Shown here piece by piece: positions 50,057 to 56,265 of a DNA stretch of 64,000 bases. Made by a program: the position numbers and the translations under genes. Under the pieces are notes generated by a model. It had not been told where the DNA came from and made no database searches. It saw only the letters and a program-made list of their open reading frames with translations. The DNA lies in NCBI RefSeq assembly GCF_006345805.1, contig NC_043003.1, forward strand, positions 104,408,001 to 104,472,000. Reading direction: 5' to 3'. Origin of the DNA: Octopus sinensis. Its lineage: Eukaryota. The stretch's first letter is position 1, and each line of letters starts with the position of its first letter.

Positions 50057-53000
50057 TAAACAATTTTTAAATGGTCTTAAAATGTCTATCAAGGCTGAAG
50101 TTACAACTCATTTTCAAGGGTCCACCAACCAAACATAAATTCTTGCAATCATTAAAAGCTGCAAAAAAAAATTTAACAGAAACAATTAACTGCTCGTTAG
50201 CTGTTCTTTCTCTTTTGTACTTCTTTCTAATTTTTATGTTTTTACTTTTAGTTCACCATCTGATGTGAAGGTTAGTATAAATTTTTCTCACTGTGTCATG
50301 GCTTGCCAGCTTGATGTGGACATTTAAACTGATTAATCTATAATATAAAACCTGTTCTGTGTGTGTGTGTGTGTAAAAGATTATAACGGCCATATTTTTC
50401 AACTGATATTCTCCAAACTGGGAACATACATTACTCATGTTCCAGGGATGGTTTTAGAATCTTCAAATTTTTTACATAATGAGTAACAGGCCCCTTCGGG
50501 GCAGAAAACACCCGGTCCTGGGTTATGTAGAGAAGGGAGGTAACTCTTTGCAAAGTAACTTTCAGAAATTACATCTATTGGTCACTAAAAAAAAATATTG
50601 CTTTTATATTAGATTCAGGTCTTGGAAATTCTTTTTAAATATTTACTTCCACTTTTCTAGCTTCAGTGACGTCTATATCTCTTTATCCATCTCTCTCTCT
50701 CTATCTCTATATCTATCTGTCTATGTCTGTCTATATCTTATCTAACTGTATCTTATTTGTATAACTAGCTAGCTCTCTCTCTCTCTCTCCATATTTCACT
50801 CACTCTCTATTGTTTCCACTTTTATTTTTCAGATGCTATTGTTTTCTCTTTAAGTTCAATCACTATTATTTTCATTGTAAGTTTTCAATTGCTATTTACA
50901 AACAACAATGACAGAAAGAAGTTTACAATTACTGATGAAAGTAATTTCATACATAACTTACTGACAGAAGTAACTTCATAACTTTCACTTGAATCCGTAC
51001 ACTTAGTTAAATTTGCCTACAAATTTCTTATTTACTTTTTGCACCATATTGCTTCTTTTTTTTTTTTTGTTAACAGAATTACTGATAAAACTAAGTTCAT
51101 AATTTAATGACAGAAGTAACTTCAAAAATTTCACTTAAATCCATACATTTAGTTAATTTCCTTAAAATTTTTTATTTACATTAACGGCTTTTTCTTGTTC
51201 CTTCAATACTGGCTCTTTGGTTCACTGATAGATTTCACTTCAACCCATACAATTCTTTATTTTCCATGGAAATTTCTTACTTTTTGCCCATCGTATTACA
51301 AAATATATTTCTGTTACCCAGTTATTTTCATTGTTTAGTATCTTCTGCACCCGTGTATTTCTGTATACATATATAACCATGCTTAGAAAGAAAGTGTTAA
51401 ATTTGTCTACAATAATCAAGGTCAGCCAAAAGAATGTCTGTGTCCAAGGAAAGAGAGACAGCTGCCGAAAGGGAAGCATGCCAAGAAAAGAACATACAGC
51501 ACTACAATAGCCAGAGCATCTCAAAGTGATGAACAGAGGTATGCACGGCTGATAAAGAATAGGATCTCCACTGCAGAATGAAGAGCAGTTGCAATGGCTC
51601 AGAGAAACAACTTCTATGAAGTAGCTTTCAATTATGATCCAGCAGTTCATTATGCAGATGACACTAGGGTTTCCATTGGTGCAATAACAACTGAGTGCAT
51701 ATATTGTAAAGCAAGGAAGTGGCCTGGAGAGACACCTGCACTGTGCTGCAGTGGTGGAAAGGTTAAACTCCCTGCAATCACCCAACCTCCAGAGCCATTG
51801 AAGAAACTGTTGTCATCAACTGACCAAGATTCCAAGCACTTCCAAAACAAAATTAGACAATACAACGCTGCACTACAGATGACATCATTTGGAGCCACAA
51901 GAGATTTAACTGAACCAGGATTCAGGCAAACTTTCAAGATCCAAGGTCAGATTTATCATCGGATTGGTTCTCTACTACCTCAGTCAAATCGGCCTTTCAT
52001 TGTTTATAATCTGTACCAGTTTTTTAGTTACAAAATAACCTACCCAAAATGTGTTTTTGAATTACATGTATTTAGTTTCTATACATAGATGGGTTGAAAA
52101 CTTTCTTTTAACATTTCACTTAACGTCTATGTTCCATGCTGGCATGGCTTGGAGAGTTATTAATGTAGAAAGTTGGTATCTCAGCTACTAGCAGTTGAGA
52201 CCTGCGTAATCTAGACAGCGTTTTTAAATTTCATTATTCTCTTTAACCTGGGCAACGCCAGGTATTTCTGCTAGTAAATAAATAAACACAGAATAGGAGT
52301 AATAGTTGAAAATGTTTGAGAAGCAATGAGTTAGACAAAAGCACAAAGGCTAGCATAGTAAGAAGAAAAAACAAGAGTAGCAAGAAAGTAGTAACAGCAT
52401 CAATAGTATTGAAATAGCAAAATGAAAATAATGAATTATTGAATACAGTGCTACACTATAAGTTCATTGTTATCATTTTATTATTTGTCAATTGAGGTTC
52501 AAACTGCGAGGTAGTTAAAGCATGTTCTTTACAATTCATAAGCCAACCAAAGCTTTGTGAGTGGCTTTGCTACCCAAAAACTGAAAAAAAAAACCATAGT
52601 GAATGTGCCTGCACACACACACACATGTATGTATACATATATGTATGTATGTATTATTATTATTAATAATAATAATAATCCAAATAATAACCAATTTCAT
52701 CAAAATAGCAATTTTCCTCATCCTCGTATTCCTAAAAGCAAACAGCCAAAGGAAGTAACCAAACTTCCTCGTCATTTTTACGCTACAATAATAAAACAAA
52801 TTTTTTTAGTAATAATTCTTGCCATGCGTCAAGTACCCTTAATAAAAATATTTGGTTCATTATTCCATACGGTAAACAAGTAAAAAGTAACCTTCTATTA
52901 TTTCACCAAGCAACAGAAAGGAACTTCCCTATTAATTCTAGATATCACTCAATTTTTAACACACTGCATTAGAGTAGGTTTTTCCAATACCAGTAACATC

Positions 53001-56000
53001 TCACAAATTATAGCTTCATATAATAACCATGTTCTAAGAGGTTTTAATCTTTCTTCAAATAATACTAGTAACCTTATTAACACTAACAATAACAGTAATC
53101 TCTCCATAAATGGTAACAACAATACAACCAGCATTTGCAATAGTGGCCCTGGTAAAATCTGTGTCCTAAATGGAAACTGCAGAATTAAAAATGCTGTTTA
53201 CCAATGCAAGGTTACTACTGGTAACAAAGAATATTTTTATATTGGATAATCCTCAGCATTTTTGTAATGCTGTTTGACCAACCACTTCTGTAACTTTAAA
53301 TACAATTGTAAGCGGAACTCTACGGGACTCAATAAACTAATCTGGACCTCAAGAACTCTCACAAATCTTTTTCTTTGGAATGGAAAATTCTTTCTAGATC
53401 TTTTCCTTATGATAAAGGGAAGTCTTTCTGTCCTTTATGCATGGAAGAGCAGTATTTTATTTTCTTCTCTTCTCTAAATATAAATTGGAAAACAAATTTA
53501 TAAAGAGAGTTTACAAATGTATACAGCAGGAAAAACACTCTTTTAGTTCTTTCAAACAATATCCACCCGTAACCTAATAATATTTCTAGATATAATATTC
53601 ATGTGTAAATATATATTAGATTGTAGAGTCTGGAAGAATGGGTAGAATGAATAAAATAGCTTGTTATTTGGTTGCATTCCTTGACCTCATCCAGATCAAC
53701 TGACTTTCATCTTTCCTAAGCTGGTATCCAGCTTGGTCACAGTTCATTGACAAACTAATAAAGAATACAACCATTATAAAGATTATAAAAGTCAAATGAT
53801 TTGTAAGATAATATTGGAAAGACAGATTGTTTGATGCCTGTGTGTGAGCAGCTATGCTGCATGGCAGTGAAACATGGGCTATAATAGCTAATGACATGTG
53901 TAAGCTTGAGAGAAATGAAGCCAGTATGCTTCGCTGGATGTGCAATGTCAGTGTGCATGTTCGACAGAGTGTAAGCATCTTGAGAGAAAAGTTAGGCATA
54001 AGAGGCATCAGATGTGATGTGCAAGGGAGATGACTGCACTGATATGGCTAGGATGAGGACAGCTGTGTAATGGAGTGCCAATCTCTAACTGTAAAGGGAA
54101 CCCGTGGTAGAAGTAGACTCAGGAAGACATGGGATGAGGTGGTGAAGCATGATCTTCTAACTCTGAACCTCACAGAGGCAATGACAAGTGACCGAGACTT
54201 TTGGTGATGTGCTCTGCTTAAGAGGACCCATCAAGCCAAGTGCACCCATGCTGATGGTACATGAAAAAATCAACCTTTGAATGTTGGGCTTCATAGAGCA
54301 CTGGGCCTCATGAAGACATAGTGGCTGAGTTCCTTTCGAGCATTGGGCCTGATGGAGGCAAAATGGCTGAGTTCCTTTCGAGCATTGGGCCTGATGGAGG
54401 CAAAATGGCTGAGTTTCTTTCAAGTGTTGGGCCTCATGAAGGCAAAGTGGCCAAGTTCCTTTCAAGTGTTGGGCCTCACAGAGGCAATGACCAAGACTTT
54501 TTGTCATTATGTTGTGCTTGAGAAGAAGACCTATCAAGCCAAGCAAAGTCACAGTCATAGCATATACTGGTATCACGCAAATGGCATGTAAAAGCACTCA
54601 TTACACGCTCAGAGTGGTTGGCGTTAGGAAGGGCACCCAGCCGTAGAAAACCATGCCAAATTAGACTAGAGCCTGGCACAGCCTTCCAGCATGCCAGCCC
54701 AATCAAACCCGTGCCAGCATGGACAATGGACGTTAAATGATGAGGATAAGCAGTTATAACTGTCCAAGATTGTTCTAATTTTAGTCTATCATTACTATAC
54801 ATCTAACAAGCTGACCTGCCAACTTTTTTTTATTCCAGCTTGAAGGAGACAGTTGGGACAGCACTTTGAACACACTCTACTAAACACTGCTGGTCACAAT
54901 TCCATCCTCGTAACCAACTACTTAACAGAAATGGGCATCAAAACTGTCCCTTGGCCACCCTACAGTCCAGTCAGTGCTTCCTGTAACTTCTGGTTGTTCT
55001 CCAAGCTGAAGAAGAACCTCAGGGGAGTCATTTTGAAAACATTGAGAAGATAAAGGCGGTAACAAATGTCTTGGACACTTTACTTTGGAGGACTTCCATG
55101 GGGCCTTACCAAGGGCACTGAAGTTAGAGAGTCCCACTTTGAAGGAGATTAGAGTTTGTACTTCTTTTAAATTAATAAATATCTTCTCTGAAAAAGTCTC
55201 AAAACTCCTGAAATGCACCTAATGTGTGTGTGTGTTTATTTATTAGGGAGAGAGAGGGGTTGACAGTGGTTTTGAAGTTTTGGCTTTCTTACCTTTGTCA
55301 GACTGTCAGATGATGGTAAGTCAAAACTTCGAAATTACTATCAACCTTTTCCTTGTAAAAGTTTAATAAACATGTACTCTAATAAAAGTACTGAGTGATC
55401 CCTCAGTTTAACATTAAATTGTTTTTATATATAGTGTGACATAAGAGCAAACACACATATATGTATGTTTGTATGTATGTAAAGTGTGGGTAGCATCATT
55501 CAAAGGCTAAAATGATGCACAATGAATTTTAGTGATTCAGCGTCAATTAATAAAACTCATTTAAGTCAGAAGACCAGTATCTTAATCAGATGCCATAACT
55601 TGCCCATGATGTGATACTCATCATCAGAATCATTTTAATGTCCACTCTTCCATGCTTGCGTGGGACAGAAAGAATTCTTTGAGGCAGGATTTCTGTAGCC
55701 TGATGCGTTTCCTGTCACCAGCCCTCATGTGGTTCCAAGCAGGGTAATGCTTCCTATGGCCAGATATACTTTTTATGGAAAACTAGAAACAAAAAAATAT
55801 CACTAGTATGCCAGTGATGATCATTTATAATCATCACACAATGCCAAGACAAGGGTATACACAACCACATACGAACATATATATAGATTTATGATGGGCT
55901 ACTTTGCTTCCGTCAATCAAATCAACTCACAAGTCTTTTGGTTGTCCTGGGGCTATAACAGAAAACACCTATGCAAGATAGCATGCAGTAGGATTGAACC

Positions 56001-56144
56001 CAAAACCACAAAGCCATGCTTATAAAGAGAAACACTTACCTCTTGATATTCTGTCACACAGTAAATAGACTTCTTCATTTCCAGTGCAGTAACCACTATA
56101 TTTGTCCATCCGAATAATTTTTAAATTAGCTGCACGAAGCGATT
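1611..56144 (-). CDS. NFKB1: NF-kB p105/p100 (Relish-type) precursor, partial; 11 coding exons in window
   Basis: Exons 56040-56144, 47229-47320, 37402-37540, 33264-33401, 27048-27230, 24723-24867, 21161-21269, 10445-10667, 8739-8893, 6144-6186 and 1611-1783 all have AG/GT edges and compatible phases. Together they give 1505 nt without a stop. Domain order IPT-NLS-linker-ankyrin-death domain is that of p105/p100. The symbol means family-level similarity, not proven orthology. Confidence 0.92.
1958..2189 (+). mobile_element. SINE family B
   Basis: GGCGGCGAGCTGGCAGAAACGTTAGC...GAGTTCAAATTCC (box B)...GCCTTTCATCCTTTCGGGGTCGATAAA; more than 10 related copies in the window. Confidence 0.85.
2243..4446 (+). 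mobile_element. RTE-clade LINE, 5'-truncated, with 3' UTR and (GAT)n tail
   Basis: RT ORF 2373-3944 followed by a 3' UTR ending in (GAT)n; possible TSD ATCAAAA at 2236-2242 and 4445-4451. Confidence 0.93.
2373..3944 (+). CDS. RTE LINE reverse transcriptase (partial) with inserted Cys/His finger
   Basis: Motifs NYRGIKLL, QFGF, FVDMEKAFDRV, GVHQGSVLSPLLF, YADD, FRYLG, RLRWYGHV and RGRGRPRKTW; the endonuclease domain is missing. Confidence 0.92.
   Translation: MLKISGSVGYNLVTRIVNQVIHEGVIPNDWCSSILVNCYKGKGGALDTNNYRGIKLLDQVMKVTERVIAQLIRERVSLDEMQFGFVPGKSTTDAIFLVRQLQEKYLAKDKPLYRAFVDMEKAFDRVPRSLIWWSMRKLGIDEWLVRAVQAMYRDAVSKVRVGNTYTEEFKVEVGVHQGSVLSPLLFIIVLQAIAEEFKTGCPWELLYADDLALIAESLSELEEKFQVWKEGLESRGLRVNLAKTKVLISRKVDNPQMSSGRWPCSICRKGVGRNSIRCTQCKLWTHRCSNVKGRLTGKIVFVCGRCSGALTSENLQKTTSVTFQEKKLEVVDSFRYLGDQVSSGGGCAESVTARIRIAWAKFRELLPLLVTKGLSLRVKGRLYDACVRTAMLHGSETWAVTAEDMRKLVRNEASMLRRMCNVSVLTRQSISTLREMLYLRSISCGVQERRLRWYGHVARMDEDRCVRKCQSLAVEGTRGRGRPRKTWDEVVKHGLRTLGLTEAMTSDQDLWKYAVREKTRQDK
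4946..5163 (+). mobile_element. SINE family B
   Basis: Close match to 1958-2189. Confidence 0.85.
5680..5936 (+). mobile_element. RTE 3'-tail fragment
   Basis: GTGGTTGGCATTAGGAAGG..CATCCAGCTGTAGAAAC..TCCAACCCATGCCAG..(GAT)n, shared with 4270-4446. Confidence 0.75.
6144..6186 (-). CDS. NF-kB short exon before the death domain
   Basis: ttgcag|...caag|gtaatt; 43 nt, SKTVSSIEETTLSQ(G). It supplies the phase 0-to-1 bridge and ends like p105 LLAQ|G. Confidence 0.75.
7150..8717 (-). mobile_element. Chapaev3-like (CMC) DNA transposon, degenerate 5' portion
   Basis: Terminus CACTGGGCAAC at 8717. Broken ORF with CVNHPDSFCNVCG, WREPTNHYTDCYFC and WRLFIDSSKACLKAVLLHNGN. Family assignment is from recalled motifs. 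Confidence 0.72.
8739..8893 (-). CDS. NF-kB exon, degenerate ankyrin repeat 4
   Basis: Strong T-rich acceptor ttgtag|; donor gag|gtaaaa; 155 nt. Encodes GFKPLNLAFINGNTDAMNFLQQVEDSVSNEQMELDISMKIMKNFQDAYLKTE. Confidence 0.87.
9040..9490 (+). mobile_element. CR1/L2-like LINE 3' fragment (old)
   Basis: Similar to 26395-26713 and 27345-27890. Confidence 0.55.
9500..9698 (-). mobile_element. SINE family B (diverged)
   Basis: Reverse complement of family B (AAAGGATGAAAGGCGAAGTTGAC...GCCAGTTCACCACCTT). Confidence 0.75.
10003..10218. mobile_element. TTAA-flanked MITE (piggyBac-like); relatives near 19480-19660, 44870-45071 and 63033
   Basis: TTAACCCT...AAGGTTAA ends and shared internal motifs (GATCTAAATTAAA..CATCAAAATTTCATGTTAATTTATG). 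Confidence 0.55.
10445..10667 (-). CDS. NF-kB exon, ankyrin repeats 2-3
   Basis: ttcaag|...g|gtgagt; 223 nt. Encodes TCLHLAVLLNRKPIVQLLLRNGANQALVDSSGNNPLHLAVIHNNIECLKELL...CNSE. Confidence 0.93.
10795..13164 (-). mobile_element. Degenerate, internally deleted Gypsy LTR retrotransposon
   Basis: Diverged direct repeats at 10795-11426 (interrupted by a SINE) and 12929-13164. Between them are gag (12599-12904, HKLQTRKQKENESIEEFM), a CCHC knuckle CKRCQKKGHWEKVC (about 12240-12280), protease LLDTGSDRTFI (about 12030-12062) and an RNase H piece LTIDTDASNLALGGMLSQ. RT and integrase are absent. Confidence 0.85.
10917..11307 (+). mobile_element. SINE family C inserted in the Gypsy LTR
   Basis: Full-length copy; removing it restores collinearity with the LTR at 12929-13164. 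Confidence 0.9.
14276..14689 (-). repeat. 3' LTR (414 bp)
   Basis: About 8 differences by eye from 18672-19084. Confidence 0.96.
15099..18047 (-). CDS. pol: Gypsy pol (protease-RT-RNase H-integrase)
   Basis: VDTGS protease, YVDD RT, VDAS...RELLAIY...TDHKPL RNase H, HHCC and D,D(35)E integrase. The C-terminal GPF module continues in another frame (14824-15138). Confidence 0.95.
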   Translation of the reverse strand: MLVPFKVCQKGRSVYPAMHFQALGKLNPEEVSTSPSSISFPKNHTFFVKDLVSKKFFMVDTGSCCSIWPLRLTADKPKRSSIVLHAIDLSPITTYGQISLRLDINLRRDFQWVFVIADIPHPILGADFLDRFNLLVDVRRRRLLDSMTSLSTPTGSSTTAVLSPTFFVATSGDPFHSLLVSFPELVDIAFKPEKPTHSTLHFITTTGLPVFLRPRRLAPDRLKMARAKFEHMLQLGLIRPSTSPWASPLHLARKSESDFRPVGDYRRLNAVTIANRYPIRNLQDFTANLHGCTIFSKVDLICVYHQIPVNPADVPKTAITTPFGCFEFLYMSFGLRNATSTFQRFIDEVVRGLDFVFAYVDDILIASDTRENHLQHLSQLFQHLRAYSIHINPDKCVFGRSSLDFLGHHIDSSGISPLSSKVDPIQRIAPPTSLRQLRHYLGMINFYRRFIPGCADKLLPLTRLLKDTPRKDSQVTLSVEAVTAFESIKKEPASVFLLAHPVPGTSLSLTVDASDTAIGAVLQHTVDDHIRPLAFFSHQLQPAERRYSTFDRELLAIYLSVHHFQHQLEGRDFVIYTDHKPLTFALCSKTDKLSPRAFQHLDFISQFTSNIRHIPGKENVPADALSRLPVCTLLSPAAIDLTAISQEQLPLASLDLTSPKFSCCQFSYLPLPSAKGTILCDTSTGSPRPLVPENHQRSVFEALHSLSHPGIAATLKLITAQFFWPNICRTITSWTCTCSKCQRSKIQRHVRAPLGQFPPTEARFRHVHIDLVGPWPVSRGFSYLLTCVDRFSRWPEAIPIADISTETVARAFVSSWISRFGVPSRVTTDRGRQFEASLFCELSRILGMHHIHTASYHPASNGLVEQFHRQLKAALRASSDPQSWIEFLPIVLLGCRTAVKADLGFSAAELLYGTTLALPGTMLVPDTSQPHDPATYVTRLRAYFSNLPPMVPREQSPPSHLPPDMKDLSVCFLAHQRFSRSR
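17969..18295 (-). CDS. gag: Short gag remnant (nucleocapsid end only)
   Basis: MAASS...WCWYHSKYAKKADRCTQPCTFKPSEN*; overlaps pol, which is in the -1 frame, at GGAAAAC just before the stop. Confidence 0.75.
   Translation of the reverse strand: MAASSLPHSQILEFSRPSPSRGPYACTEPPPTPLTNDKLAEKIDALTERIDDLCRAIGRQSRSCSRSSSISRSWSDSVSHSGWCWYHSKYAKKADRCTQPCTFKPSEN
18672..19084 (-). repeat. 5' LTR (413 bp)
   Basis: Followed on the minus strand, after 2 nt, by the PBS TGGTGACCCC. Confidence 0.96.
20016..20545 (-). mobile_element. RTE 3' UTR copy with small internal duplication
   Basis: Reverse complement of 3940-4446 including the (ATC)n tail. Confidence 0.85.
20645..21116 (+). mobile_element. RTE 3' end fragment (older subfamily); sibling at about 21497-21821
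   Basis: Degenerate RGRPRKAWDEV coding end, conserved tail and (GAT)n. Confidence 0.78.
21161..21269 (-). CDS. NF-kB exon, ankyrin repeat 1
   Basis: tcacag|...cag|gtaaga; 109 nt. Encodes LLHLAVMNNQVDIVKKLLKVLVTTQYDIDCKNSNLQ. Confidence 0.93.
22090..24525 (+). mobile_element. Tigger/pogo-like DNA transposon, degenerate
   Basis: Broken transposase 22863-24480 with ASKGWFDKFQRRF (CENP-B-type HTH), FNIDETGLFWKRMP, LLLMDNAGGH and PNTT. Interrupted by an RTE tail. Confidence 0.88.
22397..22760 (-). mobile_element. RTE 3'-tail copy nested in the Tigger element
   Basis: (ATC)n-GTTTAACGTCCGCTTTCCATGC... motif. Confidence 0.82.
24540..24681 (-). mobile_element. Internal RTE fragment (Cys/His-finger region)
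   Basis: GRNSIRCTQCKLWTHKRCSNIKRKLTEKIAFVCGR matches 3185-3290. Confidence 0.85.
24723..24867 (-). CDS. NF-kB exon, pre-ankyrin helix and start of ANK1
   Basis: ttgcag|...aa|gtaaat; 145 nt. Encodes TFDDEIDYEYMSEKSLQALRSFVKTGNSEELLFHHRESMSIPDDNGN, resembling p105 ...[27 protein letters not shown]. Confidence 0.9.
25331..25741 (-). mobile_element. SINE family C
   Basis: Full-length reverse copy with a 15-nt internal duplication (GTGGGACTGAACCCG). Confidence 0.88.
26395..26713 (+). mobile_element. CR1/L2-like LINE 3' end; older sibling at 27345-27890
   Basis: RKHFFTLRVAEAWNKLP motif, 3' UTR and (ATT)n tail. Confidence 0.72.
27048..27230 (-). CDS. NF-kB exon, acidic linker
   Basis: tttcag|...t|gtaata; 183 nt, phase 1-1, open frame DAERSGQQ...ETEAAGFESDGDSNYTD. 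There is no domain homology to anchor it, so the donor is less certain. Confidence 0.72.
27899..28098 (+). mobile_element. SINE family B (diverged)
   Basis: Family B head and ATAAAATAAGTACCAGTTGAGCACTGGGG motif. Confidence 0.68.
29277..29800 (-). mobile_element. RTE 3' end (ORF end plus 3' UTR)
   Basis: GRGRPRKTWDEVVRHDLRTLGLTEAMT on the minus strand, followed by the tail. Confidence 0.88.
30069..30463 (+). mobile_element. SINE family C
   Basis: Near full-length family C copy. Confidence 0.86.
30601..31112 (+). mobile_element. Two adjacent SINE family B copies
   Basis: About 30601-30860 and 30879-31112, both matching 1958-2189. Confidence 0.85.
31277..31662 (-). mobile_element. SINE family C
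   Basis: Full-length reverse copy. Confidence 0.88.
31670..31773 (-). pseudogene. U6: U6 snRNA copy (probable pseudogene)
   Basis: TTGCTTCGGCA...ACTAAAATTGGAACGATACAGAGAAGATTAGC...GGATGACACGCAAATTCGTGAAGCGTTCCATATTTTTT. About 7 substitutions from the metazoan consensus as recalled, and the first few nucleotides are missing. Confidence 0.93.
32760..33254. repeat. Compound (AAT)n/GATATAT/GAAT minisatellite
   Basis: Visible directly; ends 9 nt from the exon at 33264. Confidence 0.95.
33264..33401 (-). CDS. NF-kB exon with NLS and start of linker
   Basis: tttcag|...g|gtcagt; 138 nt, phase 1-1. Encodes DDNELNIKRSKTLVQINGQPTSSSDDDNSEETCSHENSLPLYFVNG; KRSK sits at the position of the p50 KRQK NLS. 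Confidence 0.85.
33808..34200 (-). mobile_element. SINE related to family A with a different tail; tail duplicated at 32255-32500
   Basis: 34070-34200 resembles 20-160; 33808-34055 closely matches 32255-32500. Confidence 0.68.
34713..35015 (+). mobile_element. SINE family C, 5'-truncated
   Basis: Matches family C from AGTGTCTTCTACTATAGCC to the tail. Confidence 0.8.
35144..36395 (-). mobile_element. Mariner DNA transposon, full length but inactivated
   Basis: TIRs TTAGGTC...TATGAAATTTGTAGAAA with TA on both sides. Fragments IVTCDEKWI, QDNARPH and HLPYSLDLAPTGYHFF, with stops and frameshifts. Confidence 0.93.
37402..37540 (-). CDS. NF-kB exon, IPT domain end
   Basis: ttctag|...g|gtaaag; 139 nt. 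Encodes YAIVFKTPPYHNIHISKPIQVNIRLERPSNNETSEAMIFTYYPKCP (p50: FAIVFKTPKY...). Confidence 0.95.
37862..40525 (+). mobile_element. Dong/R4-clade non-LTR element with RT deleted
   Basis: LKSETEGFIITAQDQ, CCHC finger (CHVC...ETIDHVVSKC), RHD, and RPDIILKD...LIDMTVP...KLSKYKDL restriction-like endonuclease. AAT repeats lie on both sides (37845-37861, 40494-40525). Confidence 0.88.
40527..41805 (-). mobile_element. Cluster of about 4 old SINE B copies plus an RTE tail (40711-41075)
   Basis: Repeated GGATGAAA.GCAAAGTCAAC...ACTCAGAA motifs; one copy has a 21-nt tandem expansion at 41357-41478. Confidence 0.72.
42058..42530 (-). mobile_element. RTE 3' UTR copy
   Basis: (ATC)n tail plus the conserved tail sequence. 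Confidence 0.83.
45307..45965 (+). mobile_element. RTE 3' UTR copy with three tandem 97-bp units (45314-45604)
   Basis: CAAAACTCTACTTGTGAAGACC...GTGCCGGTGGCATGT three times, then the standard tail and (GAT)n. Confidence 0.88.
46996..47220. repeat. (AAT)n/(AAC) microsatellite
   Basis: Visible directly; ends 8 nt from the exon at 47229. Confidence 0.95.
47229..47320 (-). CDS. NF-kB exon, IPT domain middle
   Basis: taatag|...caa|gtaagt; 92 nt. Encodes DDVSVVFSENDNSPDQWRALADFGATDIHKQ (p50: DDIQIRF...WEGFGDFSPTDVHRQ). Confidence 0.95.
47985..48320 (-). mobile_element. SINE family C (diverged)
   Basis: Reverse match to family C with deletions. Confidence 0.75.
48849..49280 (+). mobile_element. 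SINE family C
   Basis: Full-length, low-divergence copy with a (GTAAAAGA)n tail. Confidence 0.9.
50337..52274 (+). mobile_element. Helitron, internally deleted
   Basis: 5' A|TCTATAATATAAAA; 3' hairpin CCTGGGCAACGCCAGG then CTAG|T. ORF 51594-52088 has the RepHel N-terminal motifs CIYC..KWPGE..CCSGGKV..IRQYN..MTSFGA..FKIQGQIYHRIGSLLP. Confidence 0.9.
52690..53577 (+). mobile_element. Penelope-like element remnant (GIY-YIG endonuclease)
   Basis: CVLNGNCRIKNAVYQCKVT...YFYIG...NHFCNFK...NSTGLNKLIW at about 53155-53350, with stops. Confidence 0.68.
53824..54745 (+). mobile_element. RTE 3' portion (degenerate) with 39-bp tandem repeats at about 54285-54490
   Basis: RLFDACV..AMLHGSETWA..ASMLRWMCNV matches 3515-3940, followed by the tail. 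Confidence 0.87.
54835..55222 (+). mobile_element. Mariner 3' fragment
   Basis: GIKTVPWPPYSP..CNFWLFSKLKKNLRG motif. Confidence 0.68.
56040..56144 (-). CDS. NF-kB exon, IPT domain start
   Basis: tttaag|...g|gtaagt; 105 nt, phase 1-1. Encodes SLRAANLKIIRMDKYSGYCTGNEEVYLLCDRISR, resembling p50 [31 protein letters not shown]. Confidence 0.95.
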
Positions 56145-56265
56145 CTTAAAGATAAAAGAAGAAAAATACCCTTCTTAATATACAATCAACTATGTGTGTG
56201 TGTGTGGTGTGTGTATATATATGATTACACATTTGTCTATGTGTGCATAGGCACCTACATATATA

